Below are positions 41,686 through 51,971 of a stretch of DNA of 64,000 nucleotides, in pieces. Location: IMG/VR virus record IMGVR_UViG_3300024262_006558, positions 62,001 to 126,000 of that record; one strand, given 5' to 3'. The translations under genes were made by a program, and so were the position numbers. The stretch's first letter is position 1; each line of letters begins with the position of its first letter. The notes under the pieces are model-generated. The model searched no databases and was not told where the DNA came from. It saw only the letters and a list, made by a program, of their open reading frames with translations.

Positions 41686-42177
41686 TTATTTTTTCCGAGA
41701 CACATCAAAAATAGGGTTTTCATTCAAGTGAGGTGATTTGCATATTATTTGAGCTATTTTTAAAGCCTCATCATATAAAGTTGTATTCTTTTTATTACTT
41801 AAAGGGAAGAAAGATTTACCATCTAAATTAATAGTGTGCAATGTAACATCAATAGAAACAAAATTCTTTTTTCCATTGTAGTCAATGTTTTCAGGAATAT
41901 TTAATATGTATAAATTATCTTTAAATTTCGGAAAGAATTCATTATCTCTTAAAACAGGATCAAGGTCTTGAGTGTTTATTTCGCTCAATTGTTTATGTAA
42001 AGCCTTTCTTAGTTCTTTAGAAGAAATATCGTGTTTTTTGTTTTTGATCCAAAAAGATATCTCCACATATATTGTTTCTGGTTTGTCCCTATTTTCAGCT
42101 GTACCTATTTTAATACTAACTGACTGATTATCAAATTCTTCAGGCTTTAACTTTATTTCTCTAGCTTTTACTAACAT
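41686..42177 (-). CDS. Hypothetical protein
   Basis: 163-aa ORF. Confidence 0.65.
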   Translation of the reverse strand: MLVKAREIKLKPEEFDNQSVSIKIGTAENRDKPETIYVEISFWIKNKKHDISSKELRKALHKQLSEINTQDLDPVLRDNEFFPKFKDNLYILNIPENIDYNGKKNFVSIDVTLHTINLDGKSFFPLSNKKNTTLYDEALKIAQIICKSPHLNENPIFDVSRKK

Positions 42178-42223
42178 TGCTTATTTATTTATTTATAACT
42201 TAAACAAAAATTATAAATTAAGC

Positions 42224-42258
42224 AAAAAAAATGAGAGATGTTTTGCATCTCTCATTTT
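42224..42258 (-). terminator. Intrinsic terminator
   Basis: aaaatgagagatg-tttt-gcatctctcatttt. Confidence 0.75.
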
Positions 42259-42280
42259 AAGTATATATCTTTGCAAAATT

Positions 42281-43090
42281 TTATTTAGATAATATCTCTT
42301 TTAGTTCGAAGCAAGAAATAATAGCCTCATCTATTTGAGCGATATCCTGGGAATCAATCTTATCAAGTTTCTGTCTAAAGTTTCCTAGAGCAGCTACCTC
42401 TAATTCTTCAGAGCCACTTTCAATAAGTTTTTCTATAAGAGCTATGTTTTCTAATTTTAGATCTTCCAAATAATTTGTTTTATGATTACTTGGAGAAAGT
42501 AAGACTTTTAATAAAGATCTATCCCCCTCATTAAGATGCTCATATCTTTTATTAAAATTATTAACAGCTAAACTAGTTACGAATTTCCAAGATCCAATTT
42601 TAGGATTTTCTGTTGATTCATTAACCTGTTCAGGTTCAATAACTTCTTCAAGAGCAGGTCTCATGATATAATTTAAAACAACCTCATAAGCCTCTTGATC
42701 TTCAGTAGGGTTTATAGCATGACACCTAGACTCGATCAAAGTGTTTATAGAGTTAAAAAGTTCATCTTTACCTGAGGTGGAGCTTACATGGCTCTCACCT
42801 AAGAACTTAACCCTTACGTATTCATTAGTTTTTAGAATGTCTTTCCAATCCAATCCTTCAAACAATCTAAAGCTTTGATTTATGAATCTTTCAGCAAGAT
42901 GATCTTTAGTGAAAGGTTTTGCGTTTTCAAAAATCTTATATATTAGATATTGTTTTTTAAGAATTTCGTTATTCTGTATTTCTTCCGCAAACCCACTAAC
43001 GGTTTCCTTGTCTTCATTTAAGAATTGGTTAGCAGAATATCTAAGAACAGATTCTTTTATAGCGCCAAAGTTTAGAGATATTTCTTTCAT
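42281..43090 (-). CDS. Hypothetical head-module protein
   Basis: Helical 269-aa ORF with FN..Y..L motif and late-type promoter motif. Confidence 0.6.
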   Translation of the reverse strand: MKEISLNFGAIKESVLRYSANQFLNEDKETVSGFAEEIQNNEILKKQYLIYKIFENAKPFTKDHLAERFINQSFRLFEGLDWKDILKTNEYVRVKFLGESHVSSTSGKDELFNSINTLIESRCHAINPTEDQEAYEVVLNYIMRPALEEVIEPEQVNESTENPKIGSWKFVTSLAVNNFNKRYEHLNEGDRSLLKVLLSPSNHKTNYLEDLKLENIALIEKLIESGSEELEVAALGNFRQKLDKIDSQDIAQIDEAIISCFELKEILSK

Positions 43091-43127
43091 TACAATGTTT
43101 TCCTATAAATAGATGAAAAAAGAGAAA

Positions 43128-44408
43128 TTACGCTTTAATAATTTCCTTTTTATCAGTCATAATGCTTTTGTAGAAATCCACTCTTTCTTCAGTAACTTTC
43201 TTTATGTTGTATTTCTCGATAACAAACTGGTGAAGGTTATCAGCTAATTCCTCTCTGTAATCCTTGTCGAGAATAACTTTTTTAATAGCTTTATACCACT
43301 CTTTGTTATGCTTCTTTTTACATGGTATCAGTATACCGTTTTTACCATCTTCAATTAACTCTTTATAGATACCGAAATCCTGAGCAATAAGAGTCTTCCT
43401 TTTTATACCAGCTTCAATAATCTTTAATTCAGATTTAACTTCATTAAAAATATTGTGTTGATTAATTATTTGACCTTTAGGAGTTCTTATTTGATCTACA
43501 TCACAAATAGGAGCTAAACATACATCACAGTAGTCATAATGCTTCCCGTACTGAGTTAATGGCAAAGTCCATCTTCTTACATAATTTTGCTCGTTAGCGG
43601 TCTTATATGGATCTTTAACGATTCTATTTAAATAATCAGTGTAATCTGGATTGTCTCCATTTACCTTGTAATCTGAAGTAACTATTTCTTCAAACCTTTT
43701 CCAAACACTCTCATTTGGAGTTATCGGCCTAGTTTTCTGACGCCCATCTGGACTTACTTCCGTAATATTACCCCTAGTATCAAATCCGCAAAGCACCATT
43801 TGATATTTATCTTTAAGCTCAGCACTTGAGTGTAATATGCCCATAGAAGTTTCTAGCAATTTCAAATCAGCATGGTGAGAAGATCCTCCAATCCAAGCAA
43901 TTCTAACTTTGTCATTATCCTCAGATCTTTGATCGGTACCGCTCCACATTTTATGCTCTGGATATACAGAGTTTGGCAACACGGAAACATTAGGATTATA
44001 TTTCAATATTTCATTTCTAAATATACTAGTGGTAGTAGTAACGTGATCAACTAAAGGTAATAGCGATCTAATTTTATCACCTATCTTTTCTTGTTTTATT
44101 ATGTAATAGAGAGGGTGAGCTCCAAAAGGTTCCCAGTAATCATCAATATCCATAATCACAGTTAAACCCAAACTTTTAAGCATTTGAATTTGTTTTGGAG
44201 ATGTGTTTATATCCCCAAGTTGCCTATGAAAATGAACTATATCAAATTTTTTGAAATATTCTAAATCATTAAAGTCTGGAGTTGTATTTATCTCCACTTC
44301 TATCTCATCTTGATGGTTTCTGTTGATAGCCTGAGCTGGCCATATGTTACGAAAGTGACCAACACCCATTGTGTCAGAAGGAAGCATCAAAAGTTTTATC
44401 TTGCCCAT
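43128..44408 (-). CDS. Glycosyltransferase (GT-B/GT4-like)
   Basis: G.GHFR..WP, DIDDYW, V.VLPN, IAWIGGSSH..DL, FN..KSELK.IEAG. Confidence 0.85.
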   Translation of the reverse strand: MGKIKLLMLPSDTMGVGHFRNIWPAQAINRNHQDEIEVEINTTPDFNDLEYFKKFDIVHFHRQLGDINTSPKQIQMLKSLGLTVIMDIDDYWEPFGAHPLYYIIKQEKIGDKIRSLLPLVDHVTTTTSIFRNEILKYNPNVSVLPNSVYPEHKMWSGTDQRSEDNDKVRIAWIGGSSHHADLKLLETSMGILHSSAELKDKYQMVLCGFDTRGNITEVSPDGRQKTRPITPNESVWKRFEEIVTSDYKVNGDNPDYTDYLNRIVKDPYKTANEQNYVRRWTLPLTQYGKHYDYCDVCLAPICDVDQIRTPKGQIINQHNIFNEVKSELKIIEAGIKRKTLIAQDFGIYKELIEDGKNGILIPCKKKHNKEWYKAIKKVILDKDYREELADNLHQFVIEKYNIKKVTEERVDFYKSIMTDKKEIIKA

Positions 44409-44506
44409 AATTAGGTTTTTAGGAAAACTTAATCATACTTTCTTAGATTATAAAGCTTGGCAAGGAAAAAGTTTGTATATTTGTTTCTTATATATAAATA
44501 AATTAT

Positions 44507-44806
44507 ATGAAACAACTAAAAAGTGAGCCATTATATTTAATGGTGACAATGTTTGTTATTGCAATATTCTTGACTGGGTGCGCTGATTCAATTAATATTG
44601 ATTAATGCGCAATTGATGAACCTTATGGATTTTTCTCAGGATTATGGCATGGGTCTATCGTCATTTTCTCTTTCATAGGAAGTTTATTCTATGACGATAT
44701 AAGCATTTATGCTATGAATAATTCTGGCGGGATGTATGATTTTGGCTTTATGCTAGGCAGTGGATTGATTGGTTTTTCAGCAGTTAAAGGGACATCTAGA
44801 AGATAA
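44507..44806 (+). pseudogene. Small lipoprotein/membrane protein gene with an in-frame TAA
   Basis: MKQLK...IFLTGC (lipobox) ADSINID*CAIDEPYGFFSGLWHG...YDFGFMLG. Stop at 44603-44605. TAnnTTTG at 44476 and a terminator downstream. Confidence 0.7.
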
Positions 44807-44838
44807 AAAAAAGGATCTCGTTTGGAGATCCTTTTTTT
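44805..44838. terminator. Bidirectional terminator between convergent genes
   Basis: aaaaaaaggatctc...gagatccttttttt. Confidence 0.8.
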
Positions 44839-45145
44839 ATTTCATGTATTCATCAGTATTACTTTGGACTTTATCTATATGCCCAATTTCATATTGTTCT
44901 CCGAGTGGTAAATCTAATACGGAATTATCAAACTCTTCATCTATAGTCACAAACCTTCTTCGGTTTTGAGCATCTAATGATGTAGTTATTTGAGCCATTC
45001 CTATTACAAAATTTCCAGGCTCTATAATAACAGCTTTACTTGCGTTACTGTTTATTTTAACAACTACTTTAACTTTTTGAGAGCTTGGAGCCCCAGAGTT
45101 ACCAGTGTTGTTGATTACTTTCCAAAATTTAGGTTGTGCTTTCAT
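44837..45145 (-). CDS. Hypothetical protein
   Basis: 102-aa ORF. Confidence 0.65.
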   Translation of the reverse strand: MKAQPKFWKVINNTGNSGAPSSQKVKVVVKINSNASKAVIIEPGNFVIGMAQITTSLDAQNRRRFVTIDEEFDNSVLDLPLGEQYEIGHIDKVQSNTDEYMK

Positions 45146-45193
45146 AATGTCTTTTCTTTGAATTTAACACATTCTTTATCATATGTAAAGCGA

Positions 45194-46288
45194 TTATCGC
45201 TTTACATAGCATTTGTTAGAAGAAATTATATTTACAGGATAAAAGTAAGACACGCCTTCAAACTTTAATTCTTGTACTTCTTTACCTTTAGAGACTAATA
45301 AACTATCTACATTTTTAGGGTCAGACAATGACTCTACTAACCCTTTTGGAGCATCGACTTTTCTATAAGCCCTCTCATTCATAGCAAGTTCTACCATTTT
45401 AATCTCATTCTCCTCAGCTTCAGATATTTCAGTTTTTACACTATTTCTCCCCATAGCATCTTGCGCGTTATCTGCAATAATTAAATTCTCTTCTGTTTTT
45501 TTAGGAGACTCTTGCATAGGCATTTCTGGAGTTGGAGTTTCAGTTTCTGGAGCCTGCATTTGAAAGCTAGTATTTAACTGAGCTCTCAAAGCGTCTTCAA
45601 TATACTTCTTCATCATACCTTCTATATTAATGGAACTTAGATCCATAGTAATAGGTCCAGCTGAATTACTTCCAGTAACCTGCAAGTTAGCTGATCCGTC
45701 TGCGTATGGATTCTGCTTCTCTCCAGGGATTGAAATATTATTAATTCTCTTTTCCTCGAATTTAGAAGTTCCAGCTAACGGGTCAAAGGATATATCTCCA
45801 ATCTCTTCGAATTTAGCAACATATACTTTCGCTTTCCTTTTACCCTCCTCAATCCAGCATTGATGTATTGATCTCCTAATATCAGGATTATCAAAAGTTC
45901 TGAATTGTTTGTTTGAAAGATTTACCCCACCTTCACTTAACTCGTTCATATCAAATACTACAAATTGATCTGGCTCTATTTTATCTAGAAAAGAAGGCAT
46001 TTGAGGCGTGTATCCTTCCACGTTAGCTTCAGTTGAGAAATCAGTATTATTAGGATCTTCTCCCCCTCCAGGTAGAGAGTCAACTACCCCACCGTCCTCC
46101 ACATCCTCTTGTACAGCAGCGCTTTCTTCAGTGTCCACTTCCTCTTCTAAAACAGGAGTGTTAATTTTTTCAGATACTGTTTTTCGAACCTGATCAATGA
46201 ATTCTTCGTTGAAAACAGTGTTCATTCCCATTTCTTTTATTTGTGAGGCTATCTCAGTAGCTAGTTGTTCTTTGGATAGATTTTTCAT
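45194..46288 (-). CDS. Acidic hypothetical protein (possible head-internal protein)
   Basis: 364 aa, acidic, with late-type motif upstream. Confidence 0.6.
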   Translation of the reverse strand: MKNLSKEQLATEIASQIKEMGMNTVFNEEFIDQVRKTVSEKINTPVLEEEVDTEESAAVQEDVEDGGVVDSLPGGGEDPNNTDFSTEANVEGYTPQMPSFLDKIEPDQFVVFDMNELSEGGVNLSNKQFRTFDNPDIRRSIHQCWIEEGKRKAKVYVAKFEEIGDISFDPLAGTSKFEEKRINNISIPGEKQNPYADGSANLQVTGSNSAGPITMDLSSINIEGMMKKYIEDALRAQLNTSFQMQAPETETPTPEMPMQESPKKTEENLIIADNAQDAMGRNSVKTEISEAEENEIKMVELAMNERAYRKVDAPKGLVESLSDPKNVDSLLVSKGKEVQELKFEGVSYFYPVNIISSNKCYVKR

Positions 46289-46388
46289 CTTTAAGATCTT
46301 TTTTGATATAAATATCTAGATTTTTGTGATTTTTTTGTTTAGGTTATTTAAAAGGTATAAATGAAACCTATTTATTAACAAAAAACGT

Positions 46389-47138
46389 ATGGCTAAAGGT
46401 AAAAACCTATCGAGAGAACAAAAAGAAGAGTTTGATTTATATCAAATGTCTCAAGAGTTAAAGGAAAAAACTCATAAACGTATTAAGGAAATTAATTATA
46501 AACCTGGAATAAAAGCCAAGAATCCCTCCCAAGAAAAGCTTATACAGAAAATAAAAAATAACAATATAACGTTCGTCTCTGGACCAGCTGGTGTTGGTAA
46601 AACTTTAATCGCACTTAAAGCGGCTATGGATGCTATGAAAAATAATGAAAAAATCACTCGACTAATCTTTACAAAACCTATTGTGGAAGCTGATGAGTCT
46701 ATGGGGTTTCTTCCAGGAGATATGTCTGAAAAGATAGCTCCATACATGTCTTCATATTATTCAAACATGGAGAAATTAATAGGTTCATCCCCTACTCAAT
46801 GGATGATTACAAACAAAATAATACAAGAAGAACCGCTTAATTTCATGAGAGGTAACACGTATGATGATGCTATAATGATCTTAGATGAAGCTCAAAATAC
46901 TACAATTAAAGGGCTAAAATTATTCATATCAAGATTAGGAGAAAATTCTAAAATGATTGTTATGGGAGACGCTGATCAGACAGATCTCAAACTTAAAGGT
47001 AATGAAAAGTCTGGATTACAAGATGCTTTTGAAAGGTTTCAGGGATTACAAGGCGTTACCACTCACGAGTTCGAGGAGAAGGATATAGTTAGAAACAGCA
47101 TACTTATAGAGGTTATGAAAAGGTATAAAAACAAATAA
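46389..47138 (+). CDS. phoH: PhoH-family ATPase
   Basis: GPAGVGKT, GFLPG, MRG.T, ILDEAQN, SRLGENSK...GD..Q.DL, DIVR. Confidence 0.95.
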   Translation: MAKGKNLSREQKEEFDLYQMSQELKEKTHKRIKEINYKPGIKAKNPSQEKLIQKIKNNNITFVSGPAGVGKTLIALKAAMDAMKNNEKITRLIFTKPIVEADESMGFLPGDMSEKIAPYMSSYYSNMEKLIGSSPTQWMITNKIIQEEPLNFMRGNTYDDAIMILDEAQNTTIKGLKLFISRLGENSKMIVMGDADQTDLKLKGNEKSGLQDAFERFQGLQGVTTHEFEEKDIVRNSILIEVMKRYKNK

Positions 47139-47191
47139 CATACTTTTTACCTCTATTTATAATTACTTAAGTACAATTTAAATAATCGATT

Positions 47192-47389
47192 ATGGACAAT
47201 TTTTTAACAGACAATTTACTTGACCCTAATGGTTTAGACAAAAACGGAAAACCATTAAATAAAGTTCAAGAACAAAAAAAGATCAATGTAGCTCAGGATG
47301 GGTTAATGGAGAGAAAGACTCCTAGCACGCCTTTAACTGATGATGGAAGATCTTTATTAAAAGAAGAAAGTCACAAAGGCCTTCTTTAA
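47192..47389 (+). CDS. Small hypothetical protein
   Basis: 65 aa, with DGLMER...TDDGR.LLKE; promoter motif and terminator present. Confidence 0.6.
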   Translation: MDNFLTDNLLDPNGLDKNGKPLNKVQEQKKINVAQDGLMERKTPSTPLTDDGRSLLKEESHKGLL

Positions 47390-47407
47390 GAAAAACTCTT
47401 TTAAAAC

Positions 47408-47440
47408 AAAAAAGGATAGTCATTGACTATCCTTTTTTTT
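47408..47440. terminator. Bidirectional terminator between convergent genes
   Basis: aaaaaaggatagtca-t-tgactatcctttttt. Confidence 0.8.
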
Positions 47441-47459
47441 GTTACTTATTACTTTAAAT

Positions 47460-48563
47460 TTACATTCCAGCTAAACGTTGCATTCTAGCTCTAAATGATT
47501 CAGAAAGTAAAGACGCACCTTCATCTTTACCCTCATTTAATTTTTCTTTTACAGTATCTATTATTTCTTTAGACTCTTTAGATGTCATTTTAGAAGCTAC
47601 GCTTTCTTGAATCTTTTCAAGATCAACCTCTTCCTCCACATCCTCTTCCTCTATAACCTCTTCTCCAGAAACTTCTTCCATCTCATACATTCCCATGTCT
47701 TCGATTTCAAAAACTTCTTCAGAATCATCAATTGAAAAGGAATCATCTTCCATTTCATCTAACTCTTCTTTTAACCACTCTGGTAGCATTTCGCTCCCTG
47801 GCTCTTCAATAGATTCCGAGCTAAATTCCTCAATCTCACCATCAACTATTTCTTCATCTTCAGCAACCATGCTAGTGTCTCCACCTTGAGCAGCGTCATA
47901 TTTAGCTTTAAGAACACCAACGTGTTTAGATAGAGCTTTTTCACCATCTGGATCAGTAAATACTATTTCACCATTCTCCATTTTAGCTATTGGAAGATCA
48001 TATAGCTTTGCTATGTCGCCCTCCCATTGAATTGCGTTCTCAAGACCTTCGTTAATTTCAGCCTCTCCCAAACCGCTTACTTCAGCAACCTCTTGGTTAG
48101 AATCGATTGAATTTGCAATTTTATCAGCAGAACCACCGCCTTTAGCGATTAGATTTTGAATATAACTATCTAAGTCTCCTTTACCTTGAACATCTCCTGG
48201 TGCAGAAATTTCTTCCCCATCACCTTCCGAAACAGATTGTTCACCACCGCCTTTAGCGACTAAGTTTTGAATATACTTATCTAAGTCTCCATCACTCTTA
48301 ACTTGGTCTGGAGAAGAAATATCACCTTCACCTTCCTCAGTTAAATGCGTTCCTTTAACATCAAAAACAGGCTCCTTTTGGCCCGCGTGATAATCCTGGT
48401 TTTTATCCATTTCGGATCCAGCCATCACTTCATTTAATTGATTTAGTTCAGCTTGAAGCTTTGCCTTTTCTTCTTGAAGCGTTTTTTTCTTCGCGAAGTT
48501 AACAAGCTCTTTCTTTACCATTTCGTAAAGTGCGCCTTTAGTAATTTCGTTTTTGTTTGCCAT
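47460..48563 (-). CDS. Acidic hypothetical protein with RxxxLAG C-terminus
   Basis: Internal duplication GDLDxYIQNLxAKGGG; ends ESFRARMQRLAGM. Confidence 0.65.
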   Translation of the reverse strand: MANKNEITKGALYEMVKKELVNFAKKKTLQEEKAKLQAELNQLNEVMAGSEMDKNQDYHAGQKEPVFDVKGTHLTEEGEGDISSPDQVKSDGDLDKYIQNLVAKGGGEQSVSEGDGEEISAPGDVQGKGDLDSYIQNLIAKGGGSADKIANSIDSNQEVAEVSGLGEAEINEGLENAIQWEGDIAKLYDLPIAKMENGEIVFTDPDGEKALSKHVGVLKAKYDAAQGGDTSMVAEDEEIVDGEIEEFSSESIEEPGSEMLPEWLKEELDEMEDDSFSIDDSEEVFEIEDMGMYEMEEVSGEEVIEEEDVEEEVDLEKIQESVASKMTSKESKEIIDTVKEKLNEGKDEGASLLSESFRARMQRLAGM

Positions 48564-48611
48564 TGTAATGGTTTTTGAGTTCTTAAATTAGATACAAAAA
48601 TAAAAATTCGA

Positions 48612-49010
48612 TTATTTTTTAATCGATTCTTTAATAGCTTTTTGCTCTTTTTTCATATCCTCGATTTGTTTTTTAAGTTCAGAAACAGTATCTACAAGAT
48701 CTTCATTCACTTGCTCTGTAGCTTTTTCTTGAGCTATAGTTTCTTCGTGAGCCGCTTGTATCTCAGCTCCTAAGCTAGATAATCTACCAGCGTAGAATTC
48801 GTTCTCAAATCCAGTTTTAGTTTTAGCTGCAGTATCTCCAGGAGCCGCAAAGCCATGAGAGCTAACCATTCCTCTATGAGCTTCCTCAATAGTAGTCAAT
48901 TCCTTAGCTATTTCAACAGCCTTACCCCAAAGCTCTTCTTTCTTCTTATTAAGAATAGCAGTTTCGATAATTATTTTCTTAAGAGATTCTTTTGAAAGTC
49001 CTTTTGCCAT
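48612..49010 (-). CDS. Hypothetical coiled-coil protein
   Basis: 132 aa, with late-type motif upstream. Confidence 0.6.
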   Translation of the reverse strand: MAKGLSKESLKKIIIETAILNKKKEELWGKAVEIAKELTTIEEAHRGMVSSHGFAAPGDTAAKTKTGFENEFYAGRLSSLGAEIQAAHEETIAQEKATEQVNEDLVDTVSELKKQIEDMKKEQKAIKESIKK

Positions 49011-49229
49011 GATCGGTTATGTTTTTTTTAATAAATAGAACGAAAATTTATAAATTCCACGATTATAATTTGATTAAAAGGTGTAAAATGTTTAAATTTT
49101 AGTTACTGTCAATATTAAATAGTCTGGTTAATGGAAAATTCAATTAAAATTATCACACCTTTTTTATTTGGTTTTTACCACTATTTAATGGAGCGATTTG
49201 TTTAACAATAAAATAAAAGCTGTTGTGAT

Positions 49230-49874
49230 ATGAAAAAGCCAACTATAAACATATATTCAATAACAAGCTCTAATCAAAATTCATGTATATACATAGGAGT
49301 AACTTCTAGGAGTTTAAAAATTAGACTTTCTGAACATATTAGAAATAATACTGGAACATGTTTCAAACAATGGTTGGAGCAAGAAATTAGCCAAGGTCAT
49401 GAAATTTTTATTAACACACTAGATGTTGTATATAAAAAAGAGTCTAAATTTTGGGAAGGGTTTTGGATATGTAACTTTAAATCCTGGGGGTTTACAACCC
49501 TAAATTCAAATATTGGAGGAGGTGGCCCTCTTTATATGACTACACAACAAAAAGAGAAAATGAGTCTTTGTAAGAAGGGTGTGAAAAACCCTTTTTATAA
49601 TAAGAAGCACACAAAAATTTCTAAAGAAAAAATAAGCTGTAACAACTCCAGGTATTGGAAAGGTAGAAAATTAAGACCAGAAATGGTTAGAAAACTTTCT
49701 GAATCCAACTCTATACCAGTGGATCAATTTGATAAATTAGGGAACTTTATAAAGCATTGGAGCTCTATAACAGAGGCTTCAAACATATTGGGTATAGACT
49801 CAAGTTCAATCGTTAAAGTGTTAAAAAACAAAAGAAAAAAAGCAGGAAACTATGGATGGAAATATAAAAAATAG
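49230..49874 (+). CDS. GIY-YIG homing endonuclease with NUMOD3/NUMOD1 domains
   Basis: IYSI...IYIGVT...RL.EH, NPFYNKKHT..SKEKIS, SITEAS..LGI....I..V......AG.Y.WKY. Confidence 0.85.
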   Translation: MKKPTINIYSITSSNQNSCIYIGVTSRSLKIRLSEHIRNNTGTCFKQWLEQEISQGHEIFINTLDVVYKKESKFWEGFWICNFKSWGFTTLNSNIGGGGPLYMTTQQKEKMSLCKKGVKNPFYNKKHTKISKEKISCNNSRYWKGRKLRPEMVRKLSESNSIPVDQFDKLGNFIKHWSSITEASNILGIDSSSIVKVLKNKRKKAGNYGWKYKK

Positions 49875-50607
49875 ATTTGTTATTATCACCCCTTTCTATA
49901 ACCCAGGGGAGTTTTTAGATATTTGTGTTAGAAGCGTCATGACTCAAAAGTATGATGACTTTAAAGTTATTTTCATAGATGATGCGTCTACAGATGACTC
50001 ATGGGACAAGTTGCCACATGAAGATAGTAGAGCAGTTTGCATTCGTAATGAAGAAAATCTTACCGCGCTGGAAAATATCCATAACGCCACCATGAATCAT
50101 TGCGATCCAGATGATATTATTGTATTAGTTGATGGTGATGACTGGTTAAGTTCAAACAAAGTTTTAAATTACCTTAATGATTTTTACAATGAAAATGATT
50201 GCTGGATTTCTTACGGACAAGCCTCTTGGACTAACGGGATGAGAGGTATAGCTAGGCCTATGCCAAAAGAGGTATTTGAAAATATGAGAGAGCACTCTTT
50301 TTACATTTCTCATATAAGAACCTACAGAGCTGGACTGTATCAGAAGATTCAGGAACAAGATGAAAATTTTTCTTGCATGAAAGATAAAGATGGTAAATTC
50401 TATCGATGCACTTACGATGTAGCTATTATGTATCCTATTATGGAAATGGCTGGATATGACAAGACGAAGTATAACGATAAACCTTTGTACATATACAATA
50501 GAGATAATCCAATTTCTGATGATAGAGTTAGACAGGGCATGCAATGGCAAATACATCAAGAAATACTTAAAAAGACAGCCTTTAAAAAGATTGAAAGCTA
50601 TAAATAG
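49852..50607 (+). CDS. Glycosyltransferase family 2
   Basis: IITPFYN, IDDASTD, VDGDDW. Confidence 0.9.
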   Translation: MDGNIKNRFVIITPFYNPGEFLDICVRSVMTQKYDDFKVIFIDDASTDDSWDKLPHEDSRAVCIRNEENLTALENIHNATMNHCDPDDIIVLVDGDDWLSSNKVLNYLNDFYNENDCWISYGQASWTNGMRGIARPMPKEVFENMREHSFYISHIRTYRAGLYQKIQEQDENFSCMKDKDGKFYRCTYDVAIMYPIMEMAGYDKTKYNDKPLYIYNRDNPISDDRVRQGMQWQIHQEILKKTAFKKIESYK

Positions 50608-51056
50608 TGAAAAAGATATTCTACATATCTCAATGCCCGCTACCGCATCCTAACTTAGACCTTGAAAGTGAGGTAGGTGAATTCATTGAAAAATTTATTC
50701 ACCTACCTTTTATTCATCAAACAAATGCGTGGTATGAGAAAAGATTTAATGAAGCTATAGACGCTTTTAATTCCCAGAGAGATAGTATAGGCAACGATCT
50801 ATTTAATACTGGAGGTAAGATGAGATTAAAAAGGGATTCAATATTATGGATCAGGAAAATTGCTCATATAAAAATTAAAATCGACCTTCTTGAAGGTATG
50901 GAAATAAATAATTCAGAATCAACCCCTATATACAATCAAAAGTTTATAGAAAAAAAGATTCTAAAATTAGAAGGGGATTTAAAATTAAACACACTTTTCC
51001 CTTTTCACAATTACGCTAATAGGTTTGATATAGCAAATGGAGGAATGGTAGTATAA
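50607..51056 (+). CDS. Hypothetical protein
   Basis: 149-aa ORF in operon. Confidence 0.55.
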   Translation: MKKIFYISQCPLPHPNLDLESEVGEFIEKFIHLPFIHQTNAWYEKRFNEAIDAFNSQRDSIGNDLFNTGGKMRLKRDSILWIRKIAHIKIKIDLLEGMEINNSESTPIYNQKFIEKKILKLEGDLKLNTLFPFHNYANRFDIANGGMVV

Positions 51057-51058
51057 TT

Positions 51059-51970
51059 ATGGTAAATAACCCGAAAAATATGATAGATGAAATCAATGAT
51101 AACATCTTCGATTATGATTCTGTAAAAAAAGACAGTATAATAATCATTCAAAACCCTGATGAAATTTATGACATCAATGTTATAATTCCAGTGAAAGGTA
51201 GAAGGGAGTTTGCTCTACCTATGTACAACAGCTTTGTGGCAGCTAGGGAAAGTAGCGGTTTAAACATAACATATACAATAGTTGAATTTTCTGATATACC
51301 TGAGCATTCACAATTTTGTAAGAATAATAAAATAAATTATTTATGGATCCCCAGCAAGCCTGGAGACCTGTTTAATAAATGCCTAGCATTCAATATAGGG
51401 GTATTCTTTAGTAATAGAGCAAAGTATATTTTAATGCATGATATAGATTGTTTAATGCAATCTGATTTTTTTGTAAAACTAGAAGAGAATGTATCAGTTA
51501 AGAAATGTAAAGCAATACAATGCTTTACAGGGAGAAGGGTCCTATATTGTAATTCAGAATTGACTTCAAAAATTATAGATGGAAATTTCGACATTGACAA
51601 CCTAAGTATAGATATGCCAGAGGTTGATTACCCTAGGATGGGAGGTCAAATAATGATAGGAGCTCCAGGGGGATCCATCATGATTGATAGGGAATTGTTT
51701 TTTGAAGTTGGAGGTTATGATCCAGAATTATTTCAAGCCAATTCCCCAGAAGACGCATTCTTTTGGGAGAAAGTTAATACTATTTCTAAGATGGAAACAG
51801 CAAATGAGCCAGACATAGAAATATACCATATGTTTCACCCCCCTACATATTATAGCAATCCTAAACTGCAAGACATGCAAGCTATACATCAATACTTCCA
51901 AAGAATGGATACTGATAGTAAAAAAAAAGTGATTGACTATAAATCAGATTTAATAAAAAAATATAAATAA
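51059..51970 (+). CDS. GT-A glycosyltransferase (GT2/GT7C-like)
   Basis: VIIPVKGR, FNK..AFNIG, HDID, VGGYD.......ED..F, H.FHP. Confidence 0.8.
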   Translation: MVNNPKNMIDEINDNIFDYDSVKKDSIIIIQNPDEIYDINVIIPVKGRREFALPMYNSFVAARESSGLNITYTIVEFSDIPEHSQFCKNNKINYLWIPSKPGDLFNKCLAFNIGVFFSNRAKYILMHDIDCLMQSDFFVKLEENVSVKKCKAIQCFTGRRVLYCNSELTSKIIDGNFDIDNLSIDMPEVDYPRMGGQIMIGAPGGSIMIDRELFFEVGGYDPELFQANSPEDAFFWEKVNTISKMETANEPDIEIYHMFHPPTYYSNPKLQDMQAIHQYFQRMDTDSKKKVIDYKSDLIKKYK

Positions 51971-51971
51971 T

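Noticed and set aside
44603-44605. Stop-codon reassignment
   Set aside because: It is a single case. TAA, TAG and TGA all terminate genes normally, and long genes are intact in code 11.
49131-49880. Group I intron around the GIY-YIG gene
   Set aside because: Under 100 nt of non-coding sequence flanks the ORF and no P3-P7 core is recognisable.
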